Below are positions 60,061 through 64,000 of a stretch of DNA of 64,000 bases, piece after piece; position 1 is the stretch's first letter; the number at the start of each line of letters is the position of its first letter. A program made the translations under genes and the position numbers. The DNA is from the human T2T-CHM13v2.0 reference genome, Homo sapiens. Where the stretch lies: assembly GCF_009914755.1 (NCBI RefSeq), contig NC_060929.1. One strand, given 5' to 3'. A model generated the notes under the pieces. The model had not been told where the DNA came from. It ran no database searches and saw nothing but the letters and a program-made list of their open reading frames with translations.

Positions 60061-62588
60061 GCTTGCACACTCTGGCTAGAATCCTTCAGAGAAGAGAGAC
60101 CTCAAATGCTGCCACTCTCCCTTCAAGCAGCCACTCATGGTCATGGTGCTATTGCAAAGAGATGGTCTCCTTACCACACCACAGTGAAGTCACTCTACTA
60201 CAAGGCAAGAAAGGCCTTGATTCCAGACTCCAGAGATGAGTGATCTTTATTTAGCTGCTTGAAGCTGAGGGGAGACAGATACTATTGAGCTGTTTTCTTG
60301 CACAGTGATTGAGATTACCCGAACATTGTAAAAACCCTGCTATCCTAGTCCACACATGTTCTATCTTTCAACCAGAGCAGCAAAAGAAAAATATCAATTC
60401 TGAGATGCTCAAGGCATAATTTTCTGTCTCAGCAAAATTTCAAGACAACAAGCTGTCACGGGCATTGGAACCCCACCGACCTGCTGGCACATACGGAGGA
60501 CAGGAATTTTCCACTTGAATGAACTGCCCGTACTGTTCACCGAAACTCCCCTGAGGAAGAGATCTGTGGTGGCAGGGAGTGCTGGCAAAGAGACTGCTGT
60601 GAAGTGTAGACAGAAGCACCATTCCCTACAAGGCTGAGAGAGTCAAAGGCAGGTTGCCATAGCTACTATTGTTTAGCCTTTCCATGGCATATTTTTTTCT
60701 GCAACTATTTGCCTAAATTATAGCAATATTTTAAACTGAAGCCAAGTAGGTGAGAATGAGTTAAGATTTCTCAACTTCAACTTATGTAAAAAATCTCAAC
60801 TGTGAAATTGCATCAAACCAGTTGTGTTGTAAAATGAAAATAGGTGGGAGCACTGTGACTTCCAAGAAGACACGGGGTGAGTGTATGTTTGACAAACAGT
60901 GTGAGATTCTGATATTTCAATCAACTCCCTACATTTGCACTGGATTAAAGAAATTTCTCAAACCCCGTCTACTCTACAGAGTACTTTATGTCTCAGCTTT
61001 ATTGCACAATCAGTTATAAGAAAAATAAAGGGAAAAAGAAGTATGTTTTCAAGCTTAACTCCAAGTGAGTAATGGAAAATTGAACTTTCATGTTAGTAAA
61101 AATGAAAACCATGGTTTAAAAGTTACAATAATTTTAAAAATGACTTTTCAAATAGCAATTGGGTCATTCATTTGACTTAATACTAAATTTACATCAATTG
61201 AAGGGAATTTTGTTTTACGGTAATCCTAAGAAAATTTTGAAACAAGAGACATTTCTCTTTGGTGTACAAGATTTCTCTTTTCTGTACTTTTCCTTCACCT
61301 CTAGCAGGTTCTCCTATATACTGCCAACACACAGTTTCCAGTAATTATGCTCTTACCCACACATATTTAAATATGGGTTGATGGGTAGACATAAGAACGT
61401 TATGTTCTTTAAAAAGCTCTGGTTAAAAGATTGTTGCTGCTTTTAAGAACACAAAGAAAAAAGTGTGAAGGGAAGAATGGCTGTATCGCCTTCACAAATT
61501 CTTATGATGTTTCTCCTTTTAAGCAAAGTTTTCAAAGGATGCCAATCATTTGTTAATGAAAGCTCTTTGTGGTTTTCTTTTGCAAATCAAACATTAAGCA
61601 GCAGCATCTGGCCTGCAGATTGTTCTAAAATTTTGGTACCTTTTTGTCACACCCATGGCAACAGTAGAGATGCTTTGCAATTCTGTATTCTTGTGATATC
61701 CTGAATACACAGAAGCTCTAATTATGTAGTAGACCTGACCTTACAAAAGGAAAAACTGAATAAATTGTACTTTTATTTTCCATAAAACAACTCTTCAGAG
61801 TTCTTTTTACCTTGCACCCCTTTCATTCTTTTTTGTTTACCTGTAAAACAAGTTTGCAAATGACTATTTGCCCACACACATAGCATGAATGCTAAATTAA
61901 TATTATTTGCAGGAAAACTTCATTTTCGTATGGACTTCCATGCTAAAGGAGCCACAGGTGAGAGAGAGAGATTATCTAAAAATATGACTTAAGATTCAAT
62001 AAAGCCATTTAACATGAACATTTTTTAAAGGCTTGAAGAAATTATTTTGGGTAAAGTCTCTTTCCAGTGCCCCAGAAACTATGACCACAGGCAATGGATT
62101 ATGCTGCATTTGCTGAGGCTGACCCCGTTCACCTGCTTTCCTTCCATGAATTATTATTGAGGTATAGCAATGGTTTTGGGTGGTCCAAAAATAGGACACT
62201 AGGCCAGCCCCCGTCCTCAAGGTTATGTAGTAAGAAAACAACCATCTTTCCTCCACTTTCTGTGACCATCCTCCTCTGCCTCAGAATTCCTCTGACTTCA
62301 TTTTCATTCCCTGCATCCTCCTTCCTTCTGGCAGAGGCAGAAGCTTCTCTTTTCCTGGTCTGAATAATCCTTATCCCCACATCCCCCTCCTGCCTTGACT
62401 CCTAATTCCATCCACTTCCTTTCTTCATCAACTTTCTTTTCTCCTTTTGAATGTCTTTCTCTCCTCCTGTCCCTTTCTTTCTGACTAAAAGCCTATGCGC
62501 ATCATCCCTATTCTGAAAAACCCTTCTTTACAATGTATTGTCACCTCAAGTTACTACTCCAGCAACTTTCTTTCCCTACCAATCACCC

Positions 62589-63004
62589 TGTTAACAGAAA
62601 ATCCTTAGCCAAATTAAATTAACAGAGTTTAATTAGACAAAGAACAATTCATGAATCAGGAAGCCTCTTGAACCAGAATAGGCTCAGAGAGATCCCAGCA
62701 TAGCCACATGGTAGAAAAAGATTTATGGACAGAAAATGGAAAGTGACTTATGGAAAGTGACTTACAGAAAAGAGAAGTGAGGTACAGAAATAGCCAGATT
62801 GGTTACAGCTCAGCATTTGCCTTATCTGAACATAGTTTAAACAGTTGGCCCCCTTTTATTGGCCAAAACTGGGTGATTGGCACAAAAGTAGGTTATAGCC
62901 TATTTACATCTCCGTTTAAGTTATAGTTCACTATGTACAGAGAAACCTTTAGGCTGAACTTAAAATATGTGAGGAGGTAGTTTTAGACTAAACCTGATTT
63001 AAAA
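62589..63004 (-). mobile_element. MER57-type ERV1 LTR (3' LTR)
   Basis: GAAGTGAGGTACAGAAATAGCCAGATTGGTTACAGCTC, GAACTTAAAATATGT; purine tract adjacent. Confidence 0.85.
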
Positions 63005-64000
63005 ATTTTCCCCTTTTGGTCATCGTCTCTCAATTTTGGGAGATTGACCAAAACTTTAGTCATTGATGTCACTATCACCATTGTAAATGTGAGTATTTGG
63101 TCTCGAAATCCGCTAGGAAATAGCAGAACAGTGGGATTTGTAAGGTGGGAACAAGAACTTCAGGTTATATTTTTGTAAGGGTTAGAGTAGAGGGTACTTT
63201 CTTATGCTGAAATGTCCTGTTTACAGGAGAAAAACAAGACCTGGTCTCCTCTGGAATCTATTTCTTTAAAGCCTTAGTTTGATTATATCACATTTAGCAT
63301 GAGTGTCTATTTTGGTTTGGTCTGATCTGTTGGGGCCTATTGCATGAGCTCAATCCAAAACAATGGCCTCCCATAATTTTGTTTAAAAAATTCTTCCCTT
63401 CTGGTCAAGTTCTCATTTAGTTGAGAGTATGACCAAAACTTAGGGCCTTAGTGCCACTCTTACTGTCATTTTGGGTTTTCAGTGTCAGCATATCATTCAT
63501 AGGTTCCAGTGCCCTCATGGTCACACATTTCTTTCAGCTCGTCATTCCAGTTGAAAAGAGACAATTTGACATTCTAGAGATGGCTGCGTGCAAACATTTA
63601 AGGCTTTTAAGAGAATACAACACACCAGGGAGACTACTATGACTATCAGCAGAATAATACCAAGGGTTTGGAGTATGCTCTTTAGCTGGGATACCCATTA
63701 ACCAAAGCAACTAAAATTAAACAGATCAAAGAATGAGCTGGGTAAACAGTCTATTTACTTTAACCAAGCAGTCTGTTCATTAATCCTCTATGACTGAATC
63801 CCCATAGTATACAATTTATTTCTCCATGGGCAACAAGACATGCCAGCAACTGCACGGCTACTTCTCCATTTAGCCAGTAAGTAATCTAGAGCAATTTTAA
63901 TATTTAGCATAACTTTCACAAGAGAATTTAAAGTCTGTTGTGTAACCACAGCCTTTACTATAGAATCTGCTAGAGATGCTATCATGAGAGATTAATTTTT
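63005..64000 (-). mobile_element. MER57-type internal region (continues past window)
   Basis: Contiguous with the LTR; includes env TM remnant. Confidence 0.75.
63788..63985 (-). pseudogene. gammaretroviral-type env TM remnant
   Basis: QQTLNSLVKVMLNIKIALDYLLA resembles heptad repeat + immunosuppressive domain; CC of the CX6CC motif is retained. Confidence 0.8.

Noticed and set aside
61811-61840. 30-nt minus-strand mini-exon
   Set aside because: Weak donor and not frame-compatible with the neighbouring candidate exon
63788-63985. Domesticated env (syncytin-like)
   Set aside because: Short remnant, first Cys of CX6CC lost, stop before any transmembrane anchor

Overview
AT-rich hominid (human/great ape) nuclear DNA, as shown by an SVA retroposon plus primate L1PA, Alu and THE1 elements. 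Most of the window is nested transposon sequence and I recognise no intact protein-coding gene. Main elements: a near full-length but dead L1PA3/4-type LINE-1 (1-5484), long old L1M fragments, a 5'-truncated SVA with a ~1.1 kb 3' transduction, a piggyBac MER75 inside an MLT2 LTR, a MaLR provirus, a full THE1 provirus inside an Alu, a full-length HERV-L provirus with 5-bp TSDs (49417-56297, minus), and the 3' end of a MER57 provirus with an env-TM remnant. Most notable unexplained signals: a miR-9-5p/3p-like pair at native precursor spacing (~29006-29086), a triple-copy target site hit twice by retrotransposition, an ancient retroposed chimeric transcript polyadenylated in an LTR (5600-7225), a patchwork templated insertion in L1 ORF2, and several exon-like segments I cannot assign to a gene. 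Repeat subfamily names come from recalled consensus sequences, not a database search. I found no clear evidence of a novel multi-gene system.
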